A stretch of DNA of 64,000 nucleotides. Origin: the human T2T-CHM13v2.0 reference genome, Homo sapiens. The notes under the pieces are model-generated. The model saw nothing but the letters and a program-made list of their open reading frames with translations, did no database searches and was not told the origin of the DNA. Positions 1 through 13,388 of the stretch are shown piece after piece (the stretch's first letter is position 1; each line of letters begins with the position of its first letter). The DNA lies in NCBI RefSeq assembly GCF_009914755.1, contig NC_060928.1. One strand, given 5' to 3'. The translations under genes and the position numbers were made by a program.

Positions 1-249
1 ATCATGACCTTTAATGTGTTTAAACAAAAGTTAAAGTAATTTAGGAAATAGATTTTCCTCTCTTAAGAATGGCTGTTTTTCCAATCTATAATCTTGTTGC
101 CTGATCTGATTTTTAATATCAGAAGCTGAATATTAGTAACTTTATTATTTTTTTCTGATGTAGTGTTTGTATTTGTTTTTTTCTTTAACTTCTTCTCTCC
201 CAAAATATCTACATGGGTTACTCCCTCACTTTATTCTGGTATCTGATCA

Positions 250-487
250 ATTTCCATCTTATCAGAAATATTCTTTTTCATTTCATATTAACAGCATCTT
301 GAACTCAATTCTATATTTCTAATTTTCAAAAAATATATACCGTTTACATGTTATATAATTTATTTTATATGTATTTGTTTATGTCCTGTATTTCCTATTG
401 AGAGAAAATGGCTTGTTTGTTTAATTGCTTGGTATCTCAAGTGCGGAAAAGTTTCTGGCACATAATAAGGTGTAATAAACATCTATT
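250..487 (+). mobile_element. Degraded L2 3' end
   Basis: Ends ...ctggcacataataaggtgtaataaacatctatt, resembling the L2 terminal motif; boundaries approximate. Confidence 0.5.
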
Positions 488-1370
488 CTTCCTGTTGCTT
501 TATGATGTCATGTATTAGAATTAAAACACTTTCTATTTTTTTCTTCACATGGATTAAGATTGTGTTTACTTTTTCAAAAAGCAATGTTGAGATTTTTACA
601 CTAAAACCAATGTTTAAGAAACAGAAAAATGTGTCTTTTAGCAACCAACAAGAAATTTTAGACAATTGATACAATGAGAAATAAGACTATTTACCAAAAA
701 GATGATAGTTATCTTCTTAAAACAGCTTTGCTAATTAGTCTGTAGAATATAACTCAATCATTTCATTGATTTCTCCAAATAGTTAATAATTATATTAACT
801 ATTTTGCATTTATGAAATGGAACAAATTATGTGTGTGTTTTTTAATGAAACATAATTACTTAAATAATTAAACAATTCATTATTTAATAATGTTAAATCT
901 TTGAAATCTATTGACAATACACAAAAGAAATTAAAGCCAGGTATGGCATTTTCATTTAGAAAATATAGTGCAACTTTGAATAAAACTCCTTTCTTAGGAA
1001 AATTGAGAACACCATAATTATGTTGCAAAATGATTAAATGAAGCAAAGAGATTTAGGTACTAGTTAATTCCTTTAGAAAATAGGTTTGTTTGTAAAACAA
1101 TCTATTACACATTTATAACCCAATCCCCACCCAAAAGTGCTCTATGTATATTTCCAGATAATAGTTTTCTTCCCGAACATTTTACCATGCCTTTTATAAT
1201 CATTTATATATTAATGTAATAAATCATTTTAAAAATATAAAGAAGATTTAAACAATGAGTAATGGATTACCAATCCTCTTTAGAAATTTAGCACAAATTT
1301 AGTCTTGGTAATTTATCATGGTTTTCCTAAAAGTGAAATAGGTGGGAAGTCCATTATCAGTACCAAAATA

Positions 1371-1800
1371 TGTATTAGTGTATTAATTAGGATTAAGAGA
1401 GGTAGAAAGAGAGGGAAAGAGTAAAAGAGAGAGGTGAAGAGAGAAAGAGATTTTTAGGAATTGGCTTACATGATTATGGTGACTTGGTAAGTTCAAAATC
1501 TGCAGATCAGGTAAGGAAGCTGGAGACTCAGAGAAAAGTTCCAGTTTGCAGCCAAAGGAAATCTACTGGGAGAATTCCTTCTTGTTCAGGGAAGTCAGTC
1601 TTTGTACTATTAGGAACTTCAACTGATTAGATGAGGCTCACTCACAGAAGAGAGTACCAAAACTGCTTTACTAAAAGTCCATCAATATAAATATCAACCT
1701 CATCCCCAAAACTCCTTCACAGAATTATCCAGAATAATGTTTGGCCAAATAGCTATGTATCATGGCCCAACCAAGTTGACATGTAAAATTAACTGTCACA
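1371..1800 (-). mobile_element. MLT2-family (ERVL) solo LTR
   Basis: Ends caagttgacatgtaaaattaactgtcaca, the reverse complement of the MLT2 start; contains ggaattggcttacatgattatgg and gattagatgaggctcactcac. Confidence 0.8.
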
Positions 1801-2397
1801 GGGATCATCAAATATTAATAAAGGAATTGTAGTCAAAGTAGTTAAGCACATACAGGCAGTTAGTGGAGAAGCTGTGTTTAGAACCCAAGCCAGCTGTTCT
1901 TTCTTCCCCCAGGAGAGTGGAATTTCACTACACCTTCCTCTTCCTAAACATGGCACAGATATTACATTAAAGAAATGGGGAAATCTATGATTTCTTATTT
2001 AGTGAGTTCTAAACTATGTATCTAAAATGACATAAAATGTGAATATACATGATCAAAGGAAAAGCGGTACAAGAACATCTATAATACTCAACAGGTGGCA
2101 GAAGAGCCCATGGAAGTTAGATTTTACATGTAGCTGAACTCACTGAGTATGGAATTTCCATGGTAAATGCATCTTCTAGCTTAATTTAGTATGAGGGGTT
2201 GATGTGGAGGTCAAGTAGAACTCTTGTATATTATCCTGCCAATTACTTCATCCTATTATTTTAATTCCTAAAATCAAGAACTATAATTCTCAGATAATCC
2301 CACAGAATGAATACATGATTGATTCACACCCAATGTTGTAACATGTTCAGTTAGATATGTACATGAGACAGAAGAATGTAAAAATAATAGCACTGGA

Positions 2398-2747
<350 letters not shown>

Positions 2748-4015
2748 TTACTTAAAATGCCGAGTGCACAATATTATCTAAAATAGATTATACAATGACA
2801 AGAAAATTAAGATGAGAAGTAATGTATGTGAAAAACCAATATTTAAGGAACTGATGGAAACCACTGATCAGGAAAGGAATCTGTAGAAAAACAAAGGCTG
2901 TATTCTTCATTGTAGAATATTTTAAAAGGTAATCAGAAAGACAAAAATAAGAAGTGGGAGAAAGCTTGGGGTAATTTTGGTCAGAAAGAAAATTAGTTTT
3001 AAAAAGAAGTAAAAGTTAGGTGAGTATTAAATCTTCTCTATTTTTGCTAGAATTAATTAAATGTATTAAGACAGTTAATTCAGGAAAGGAACAAAAATAG
3101 TATGAGAAAGATATAGCAGAGTTTTTATATTTGTTTCACAACAAGAATGAAGTAAATCAGTAATATATTTTTAGTAGAATTAAGAATGAACTGACAACCA
3201 CAACTCCCAGCTGCCTGATTTGGAAGATCTCCACTTTACTTTGTAGATGTTGTAATGAGAACATGCTACATGCGAATGAATAAAGCATTAATTTCTGAGA
3301 AAGCAACACCTTATGGAATCTTCTGGTGCTCAGTCTGCAGTAATCATTAAATGAGATCACGAAGATTTGCACTGATGTGGTAATGCAAAGAGTCTGCAAG
3401 CTTGCAAATCCTCAGGTTCTACTGATTCATTATATATTATCTCTGGCTTGTTCATAGTCAGTGTTAAGAAAGTAAATATTTATAAATCTGAATTTCCTCA
3501 CCTACATCTTCCAATTCCATTGTTCCATGGAAGAAAACCTACAAACTGGGGATGAAAAAGTTACCTACTGAAAGCTTTTACGCATTAGCTTTGGTTGCAA
3601 CCATTTAGCATTTTACAGCCTGGATATGTTTCCTTAGATTATGCTGCCAACAAGCAGCTCACATCTATAAGTAAAAGGGGAGCCAGAAGAGGAAGGAAAA
3701 AGAGAAAATATCCACAAAAAGCAACTAAAGAAATCACCTGAGGAGAAATAGGACAGTAGAATCATGGGGAAATATTTGAGAGAGGTTTAAAAAGAGAATG
3801 AACAACAGAGCCAAATGCAACAGAGAAAAACATCAAAATGTGCTTTGGATGTAGGGATATGGCCATTACCATTGAATACTTTCAGTTCCAAGAAGAGAAT
3901 TGAGGGACAGGGACTATCAGGCCATCGAAACCACACTATGACCCAAAAGTAGGATTACGAAGTACATGTGCATAAACAACCCAACAAAAAAGCACAGTAA
4001 ATTAGAACCACTCTC

Positions 4016-4302
4016 AGCCAGGTGCAGTGGTTCACACCTATAATCCCAGCACTTAAGGAGGCTGAAGCAGGTGGATCACTTGAGGTTAGGAGTTCGGGGC
4101 CAGCCTTGCTTGCCAACATGGCGAAACCCTGTCTCTACTAAAAATGCAAATTAGCCGGGCGTGGTGACGCGCCCCTGCAATCCTGGCTACTGGGGAGGCT
4201 GAGGTGGGAGAATTGCTTGAACCCAGGAGGCAGGGGCCGCAGTGAGTCAAGATCGCGCCACCGCACTTCAGCCTAGGTAACAGAGGGAGATCACGTCTAA
4301 GA
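4016..4302 (+). mobile_element. AluS with very short or decayed tail
   Basis: Full dimer gccaggtgcagtggttcacacc...gatcacgtct; no clean TSD. Confidence 0.93.
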
Positions 4303-4489
4303 AACACAAGTGAGGACAAAAACAAAGGGCAATAGAAATTCACAAGAGGTTCTGGTTTGGAATTAGGTCCTTGAAATTAGTTTTGAAAGCATGTACTTGG
4401 AGTCATAGGCCCACACCTAATCAATGCTACAATTCAAAATGATTCAAATGCATAGTTAAAAAGGATAATTCCATATAGAATAGTTTCTA

Positions 4490-5800
4490 TTTTCCAACAT
4501 CATACATTTATTTGTTAATTTTTGCTACTTATGGAAGTAACATGAGTTAACTTAGAAAAATAGGAAACATAGAAAACCATAAAGGAAAAACCACTGTCAG
4601 AAGCCCAAATGAGAATAACATTTATTACCATTATATTTCCCTTAGTTTTTATTATAATTATAATTATTTTGGCTATAGGTGTAAAATTATATGAATGTTG
4701 GCATATAATTTGCTAAAAATTTAGACTACATTCTACACACAGTGATGCATAATGCTATTTTACTTACAATCATATTGTGAGCTCTTTTACAACAATAGTA
4801 AATTTTTAATGGCTACACAATTATAGTCTATTGCATTGCTCTCCTAAAATAGTACATTAAAATTTTCTTGGTTTTGGTCATTTGGGTTTTTAAGATTTTA
4901 TTTTTAACTAACTTTGTAATAAACATCAATATTTACACATACATCACAGTTCCACTTTCTGGTTATCATTTTATATTAAAATCCTAGAACTAAATTATGA
5001 AATCAAGAGTAGTAAAAATTTAAGCTTTTGATAGATTTATATTTCTCAAACTAGTTATAGTTATTTTTACCTTCGCTATTATATAAGTTCGTTTTTGATA
5101 GATTTATATTTCTCAAACTAGTTGTAGTTGTTTTTACCTTCGCTATTATATAAGTAACTTCATTTTTTTCTATATCCTAAAAACAATACATATTATTGTG
5201 ATTTAACTGTAAATCTTGGGGATACCAGGTTCAAAATAGTAATTTTTTTTCTATTTACATGTCTTAATTACGATTTGAATTTTTATATTTATTTGTGATT
5301 TCATATAATAATTTTCTTGTGTAACATTTGATTCTGTGAAAACAAAAACCTTCCTCATTTTTTTCACTATTGGATCACTACTCGATTAAATTTTTAGATT
5401 TGACTATATTAATATATTAACTCATTGTCTTTAAACTATCCATTAACTGATCCCTTCTCTGTCAGTAGTCAATTTTATTGTGGCTTCTTATGTATAAACG
5501 TTTACATTTTTGTATTTTGTCTCTCCCTTTAGATTACTCTATTTGTGTTTTTCTTAGAAAGCCTTTCAGATAAGTATTGTTTTATTACTTTTCTTTATAT
5601 TTTAAATTCAACTTCATCAAAATCACATTTTGTTATATGGTCTGAAGAAAGGTTTTTGCTTTACTTTTTCTCAACTATTTTACCATAAATGTATACTCTT
5701 TAGTGACTTTTCTGTAAATACATTATTTTTGCAAGCAAATGTTCATGTTACTATTCTTACAGTGAGTTAAATGAGTACTCTTCACTGGTTTCTATATTTT
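4490..5800 (-). mobile_element. Highly degraded old L1M (L1ME-like) fragments
   Basis: T-rich sequence with antisense L1-like blocks (cctagaactaaattatgaaatcaagag; ttcttagaaagcctt); boundaries uncertain. Confidence 0.4.
5026..5155. repeat. Tandem duplication, 2 x 63 bp with 4-bp spacer
   Basis: 5026-5088 and 5093-5155 are identical except for two A/G differences; spacer is tcgt. Confidence 0.95.
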
Positions 5801-6319
5801 TTAATTTCATTACTAAGAGCCATTAAATTATTCCTTTATGAGCTCAGCCATCAGAATAACACTTGTTGTAGTGATGGGAACATAGAGTGTGCCTGAGTCA
5901 TTGCTAGTGAAAGCTTTGGTTTGCTTGCAGTAACTTTTCATGTAGATATGAAGCAAGGATGCAATTGAAAATTAACTTGGTTGTGAAAATGCATACATGT
6001 TTTAAAAGTTGTACTATTGAGTGTTTCAGAAATACACTCGAAAATTGCATCTTCTTTTCTCTTATAATAGATTACGGGAATAAAATATGGAAATATCAGA
6101 AAATGACTAAGGACTTGTTTCTTATTGCTTCAGAACAAATAGAGGAAACACTCCCATGATAAACAGAACAAAAACAATTTGAAACTGTTTACTTTCAATA
6201 AAATTTAAAAATTCCCAGATCAGAAAGAGTCTGAAAAAGAGTTTGAACTCCACGACATTAGCAGTTAAAACTAATGATAACAATAAATTACTAGTCATCC
6301 ATTATTTATCAGGAACTTA

Positions 6320-6480
6320 ACTCTCACCGAAATCCTACGATATTATTATTCTTTTATGCCATAGGAAACTAAACCTCAGAGAGTTGAAGTAACTTGTCCA
6401 GGGGATATGGATAATGGCAGAAACAGTTCTTTTCAAATCCAAGTGTTTTCAGAAACTCAATTGATGACCTTAATCATCTC
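6320..6480 (-). mobile_element. MIR fragment
   Basis: ggaaactaaacctcagagagttgaagtaacttgtcca is the reverse-strand MIR core. Confidence 0.7.
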
Positions 6481-7332
6481 TTACGCTGAGTCACTCATGT
6501 TAAAACTCATTAGCGGAAAAAAACATTTAATCAAGAGATAGGTCTCAATTAATTTTAGCTGACACCTTTATAAATAGTATCAGATGTTATCCAGAAATTG
6601 ATTTCTTGCAAGTTTTCTCATTTTAAAACATTCCAAAGATTTTTAGAGTTCCATATTCCTATAACAAAATGGTATTTGGTTAAGTTAGAATCTCTACACA
6701 CTCACACACAAGCACACATACACCGAAAGGCAGCAATTAATCCCCATTATTTGTGTAATTGTATGCTTTAAAACACAAAGCAAATAATTTCGTAGAGTCA
6801 AGGGAGTGATAGTAATAATTATTCTGGGACAGCAATCCTGAACAAAGACTTCTTTAGCACAAAATGGGATATGTGATCACTCTACCATACTCACAACTAT
6901 CTCTTAAAAAGAAGATAGATAATTCTACAATTTTCTGTTTATATGTACCTAAGAAATAAATATGCTAGGCCAGAAACTAGAAATCAGGCTTTCTGAGCCT
7001 ACAATAAAGCAGAAGGTGGAGGCCATGCAGAAGGCAGGCTTATTGGAGGCAGATTTTTAATCAAATGATGATAGTACCATGAATAAAAGTTCAATGTATG
7101 TGGGATAAAGTGAAGAGGAAAATTGTTATATAAATAAATATTTATATCCATAAAAATAAAAGATGAAGGAAAGTGAATTAAATATCTAGCTGAAAAAGTT
7201 GGAAAAATAAAGCAAGTACAAAAGAAAAAGCAATAAATAATTAGAATAAATTTATGCATTACAAAACATAACTATGTAAAAACAGATAAATAAATAAGCA
7301 ATGCTTGAAGAAAAAAATTGGCAAACCACTTC

Positions 7333-7879
7333 CAGTAAGCATCTTCTAAAATGTGTCCCCATCATCTCCAGCTGCTGACACTCATACCCTTTTATAAATT
7401 TCTGTCTCTTCAGTGTGGGCTAGATTTAGTGACTCACTTCTAATGAATGTAGCAGAGGTGACAAGATATGACTTTGGGAGTTAAGTTTGAGCATTATGGT
7501 GGCTTGCATTTTGGGAACACTCTCTCATGCTCTCTTGGATCTCTTGCTCTGAAGGAAGCCAGCTGTCATGTTGTAAGCTGTCCTATGGAGAAGTCCACAT
7601 GACAACAAACAGGGAAATCTCCAGCCACCACCCAGGGAAAAACTGAATCCTGCCAACAGCCATACAATGAGCTTAGAATTGTATCTTCTGTAGTCAAGCC
7701 TTTTGCTAAGATCATAAACCTTTGCAGTACCCTCATTGCAACCTCATGGGACACGTTTCTGTCAGAAGCTCCCATGCTTAAGTGATTTCTGATCAGAAAA
7801 ATTTTAAAGTGATAAATGTTTGCTGTTTTAAGCCACCAAGTTTTGTTTTATAGTTAACATACAATATATAATTAATACA
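7333..7879 (+). mobile_element. MLT1F-like MaLR solo LTR
   Basis: Contains ggaagccagctgtcatgttgtaagctgtcctatggagaagtccacatg and ends tgctgttttaagccaccaagtttt...taataca. Confidence 0.8.
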
Positions 7880-10074
7880 CTATTGAGGTAATAGAAACTT
7901 TTTAAAGAGTGAAAATAAATTTTAAAAATATACATAGTATGAAATGTCAAGGGGATTATAATTAAAGGAGATAAATTTTTAAAAAGAACATTATAATAAG
8001 ACTGGTGGGGGGAGAATGAAATACAGTTCTGAATGAATATTTGATTCCCAATTTTAAAGGAAAACTTACTATTAAAGACAGATACTAGGCTTCATCACTA
8101 GAACTCAATGATGAAGCCTGGTGTTAGCGATGGTGGGGCAAGCTCACATGTACTTCTTAATATGTTGCAACCAAAAGTAAAGCACCAATGAAGAAGTAGT
8201 TTCCACATGTGCTTTACCTGTGTCTCAGAAAACCTTTAGAGCAAATTCCATATGAAATAGAGAGAAGAATGGCACAAACTTCTCTTCTGCCTGCCCCAGC
8301 TACCGAAAAAACCACTTTTTATCCACAGAGTAAATGTATAATTGTAATGTCCTTTGGTAAATTTCTGCTAGTTGAGTTGAAATTCACAAACTGGAGACTG
8401 AAAATTTTTGCATTAATTTTTTTCATGACACCTTAAAGAAGATAAAATTAACAATTTTTCTACCTATGTACCTTCTCAGTTTCCATTTACTTTCTTTGGC
8501 AACACTGCAATCTATGTGCTGGTACAACATTTTGCCTTAGGTCACTTCTTTACAGGGTGATATTTGACTTCGTTTCAAAATTTGGTGAATTTAGGGCCAG
8601 ATTTGGGGCAATGTTATTTTTTTCTATTAGTTTTTAGTTCTTCAAATCCTGGCACTGAACCAATGCATCATCTGAAATCATGAAGAAAGTCACAATTTTC
8701 AGTGAGATACAACTCAGCTGGTAATCCCTGAAAGATTTTTCATTTAATCCAGAACTCCACAATCTCTTCCGCACTGATAGAATTTATAAAGTTGAGGGTT
8801 TTTTTTAACCTTTTAGACTATAATTTAATTAAAAGTTTTGGTATTTCTACTTGTAAAGTAATTTAATTTGTGTATTATATTTTTAAAGTTTCTCTGACCA
8901 CCTTGTAGGGGCTTGTGGGGAGCACAAATGTACACTGCTTAACAGTATGTTTAGAAGAATCAACACAGGGAAATAGGGACAACTTTTGGTAGCAGGTGTG
9001 CTTCCTCATGGAAGGAAGAATTGGCCTAAAAGAAAACTTAGCTCCTTCCCTAAAAGCAGCATCCACATCTTTTGTTAAGATGAGGCCTGGTACTTGAGTC
9101 CAGTTAATTAAGAGAACATAATCCAGTGTAATATTATGGGAGAGGAACTTCCTTTCCTTTGCCTCAGGATTCCACATGGAAGGAATTTCATCATTAATTA
9201 TAAAATTAGACTGTTTTCGCCTGCCTGCTGACTTCGGGGAAAAGTGGGTGACCTAACAGCAAAGTCTTAGAGTAATTTCTAGATGTACCTGGCTTAAGTC
9301 TTCCCTTTTTCCTTTACCTTTGATATTATAATAGCTTTCCTGCATAGAGTAAGCATCTATTCTTCTGTCTTACAGATATTCTCAGTTTTTTTTTTTTTTT
9401 TTACATAACCTGATAAGATAACCTCTATTGTCCAGCTCAGCCTATGACAGGCTAGATACGCCTCTTTCTGGGATGCAATATTAGCAAACCATATTATGTG
9501 TCATCCAAGTCAGGCATGTCTGTATATCTTTGCTGGGGCAAAAAGGCCATCACTGAATTATCATCTGCTGACTTGAGTTAACTGTCAGTTGTTTCTAACT
9601 TGAATGAGGAAGAGGATTATAGAGAGATCATACTAACATAATTACAAGCTTATAATGTTTCAACATTTTAATTTAATATTCCTTGAAAGAAAGTACTCCC
9701 TTCCCATAAGAGTTCAAGATAATCTAATGTGGAGTACAAAATAATATTAAAATTTATATTATTTTATCTAAAGTATGATAAACATTATTGTATTAGTAAT
9801 TAATACATGCAAGGGCAATTTTACATTTTTGTATACAAGAAATATTTAATGAGCAACTACATAGGCCAGGCACAATACAGATTCTAGAGAGCCAGTGATG
9901 ATAGAAAGAGGCAAAGACACAACATATAATAGATCTGTTTATGTCGATGTTTATAAAACAAGCACTCAAACAAATAAACATGTAACTTAAGATAGTGATA
10001 AGAATAATGAGAAATTCTAACACAGAGTCAGATGCCTGCAGAACATGATATAGACATGTTGAGATAACACTATC

Positions 10075-10371
<297 letters not shown>

Positions 10372-10539
10372 AATACTATCTTATTTAGGGTGGACCAAAT
10401 GTACTGTTTTAACAGAGATCAAAAGAAAGTAAAGGAGTGACCTATGAGAAAAGGCTCTATGACATAAATATCATGAAAGAAAAATGCCAAGACATAGAAA
10501 TAGTGCATGGGAGAGTGATTTATGAGGAGGAAATGGGAA

Positions 10540-10680
10540 GGAGAAAAGCCAGATCATCAAGAACTTTTCTGCCCCAGCAATTTGGATATTAGTCAAAGTG
10601 TGATAGGCCACTGGAGACTTTTGAGCAGGTGAGGTAATGGCACAATCTGATTTACCTTTTAAATGATTTACCTGACTCCC
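10540..10680 (-). mobile_element. L2 fragment
   Basis: gccactggagacttttgagcagg...atctgatttaccttttaaatgattt is a typical antisense L2 block. Confidence 0.6.
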
Positions 10681-10884
10681 GCCTAGAAAAAAATAAAAAT
10701 GCATCAGTAGAGGTACTTCCCTACTTTATAAAAAATGCAAACACATTAAAAAATGTTTGAAGGCCATTGATCCTTAACATAAATATTACAATTTTCTACT
10801 TCTACTCTTAAAACAGAACAAAGATTTTTTAATGATATTATAAAATTAATAAAAGAAATAATATTGTTTAATAGAAATACCATA

Positions 10885-11055
10885 AGCTTTAGAGTCAGAC
10901 AAACCTAGAAATGAATTCCAACTTGGTCTCTGCCTAAGGTCTATGTAGCAGTCTGTGACATTAAGTAAGGTATGTGGGTTATTAGAGTCTATATTCCATT
11001 GTCTGCCAAATTAGAATAATAATTATCATCTTGATTGTTTCTGTATGGATCAGAG
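10885..11055 (+). mobile_element. MIR fragment
   Basis: gctttagagtcagacaaacctag...ctgtgacattaagtaag resembles the MIR 5' region and core. Confidence 0.55.
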
Positions 11056-12631
11056 CTATGCTCATTGCATTCAATCCAGAGCAGAAAATCCACAATGTTG
11101 TTCTTCATTATTACTTATGGCTAGATTTGTTGGACAGCAAGAAGGGATATAGCAATAAACCATGAACTTAAGTTTGTATACCTCTGTTGAGAATACCCAG
11201 ACTTCTGTATTTTCCAACTGGTTAATGTAGGAGGGAGAGAGGATAAACAGTTAGAGGTGCTATATACATTGACAGAGATGTGAGAAATAGCCAGGCCCAG
11301 GATAATGTAATAATGACAACTATATCATCAATAATACATAAGATTTCTCATCAGTTACCTATCATATTTGAAAAAAAATCTGTCCTTTCATATCCAGGGG
11401 AAGTCCTTAGAGACAATAAAGTAAATCCTCCTACCTCTATGACGGATTAATAAATAATTTTATCAGACTATTCAGGGTAATTCAAGTCCAAAATTACTTT
11501 CAAGTGAAGCAGTGATTAAATTGAGGCAAAATTGTTTGCTTTTGCTCCAACTATCCAGGTAATTGCCCTCATTTTGCCCTTTACTTTTCATGTGTTTAAA
11601 TCAGTTTGACCTTCTAATTAATCATTTTGTTTTTGGGTTGTTTTAATCCTTTTGTGTAAGTTGGAAAATTAAATCCCATTCCTCTGAAACCTTGTTCTTT
11701 GCCATGTCATTGATTTTTCCTTGAGGATCTAATCTAGTTTAAGGTTATGTTCATTTGCTTTCTGTTTGTCACTAGTAACTCTGATGATATAGTCTTGTTT
11801 CTGAGAATAGAGTTATTACTGGAGATATTGTTGAAGGACTAAATTTTAAAAAGGCATGAGAGAAAGAGAAAGAGAAAAGAGAAAGAAGAAAAGGTGGAGA
11901 TGGGAAGAAAGCCTTCAAATAAAGCCGAATGTCCTTTAATTAAGAAAAAAGGAAGAGAATATTTGGCAATAGCCTTTTCTTCTCTTTTTTTTTTTAACAT
12001 GAGATTTTTTAAAAAGAAAAGTGTAGGAGAAAAGATAGCAAAACAAGATAGGGAATGGCCAATAGACACATCTGGGAAATGAAATAAATTGTGCAAATAT
12101 TATATTTGCAAATATTATAGTTCTCTAAGAAATAATCACAGTAATCAGATAAGTTCCAAAATTCCACACAAAATTGCCATGTGTAAACCATGCATGATGT
12201 TCTCAATAAAGTCAATCATTTTTTTCATTTCTTTCTTTCTGTGTGAATATGTCTGTATGTGTGTGTGTGCGTAACATATAGAGAAGAAAATCTAAGCATT
12301 TACTTCCTATAATGACTCAACATTGTTAAATTAATACTTACATATAATTCATTATTTGTATAACATGATCCAAACGAGTATTACTGATAAATGTTCAAAT
12401 GATAATTTCTGGAAGTATATGCTTTAGAATTCTTGTCTTATAAATGTGTCACAAAAAAATGTCCTGTGATTGATTGTACTTAGGAGTTAACTGGCTAGTT
12501 ATTTACTTTAAGTTTCACTTTCACATGGTGGGCATGGACATTGGCAAAGATAACAAGACTGGATTCTTCTGATCTTTCTTAGTCATTTTTCTGTATTTTT
12601 TATACAGAAAAATCATTTGTAAGAATTGCAT

Positions 12632-13388
<757 letters not shown>

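Noticed and set aside
4016-4302. Apparent CpG retention in this Alu
   Set aside because: About 11 CpGs, the same as the AluSp at 42810, so not exceptional.
8108-8200. atgatga as the C box of a C/D snoRNA
   Set aside because: No CTGA D box with a terminal stem at a suitable distance; the motif is explained as one arm of the hairpin.
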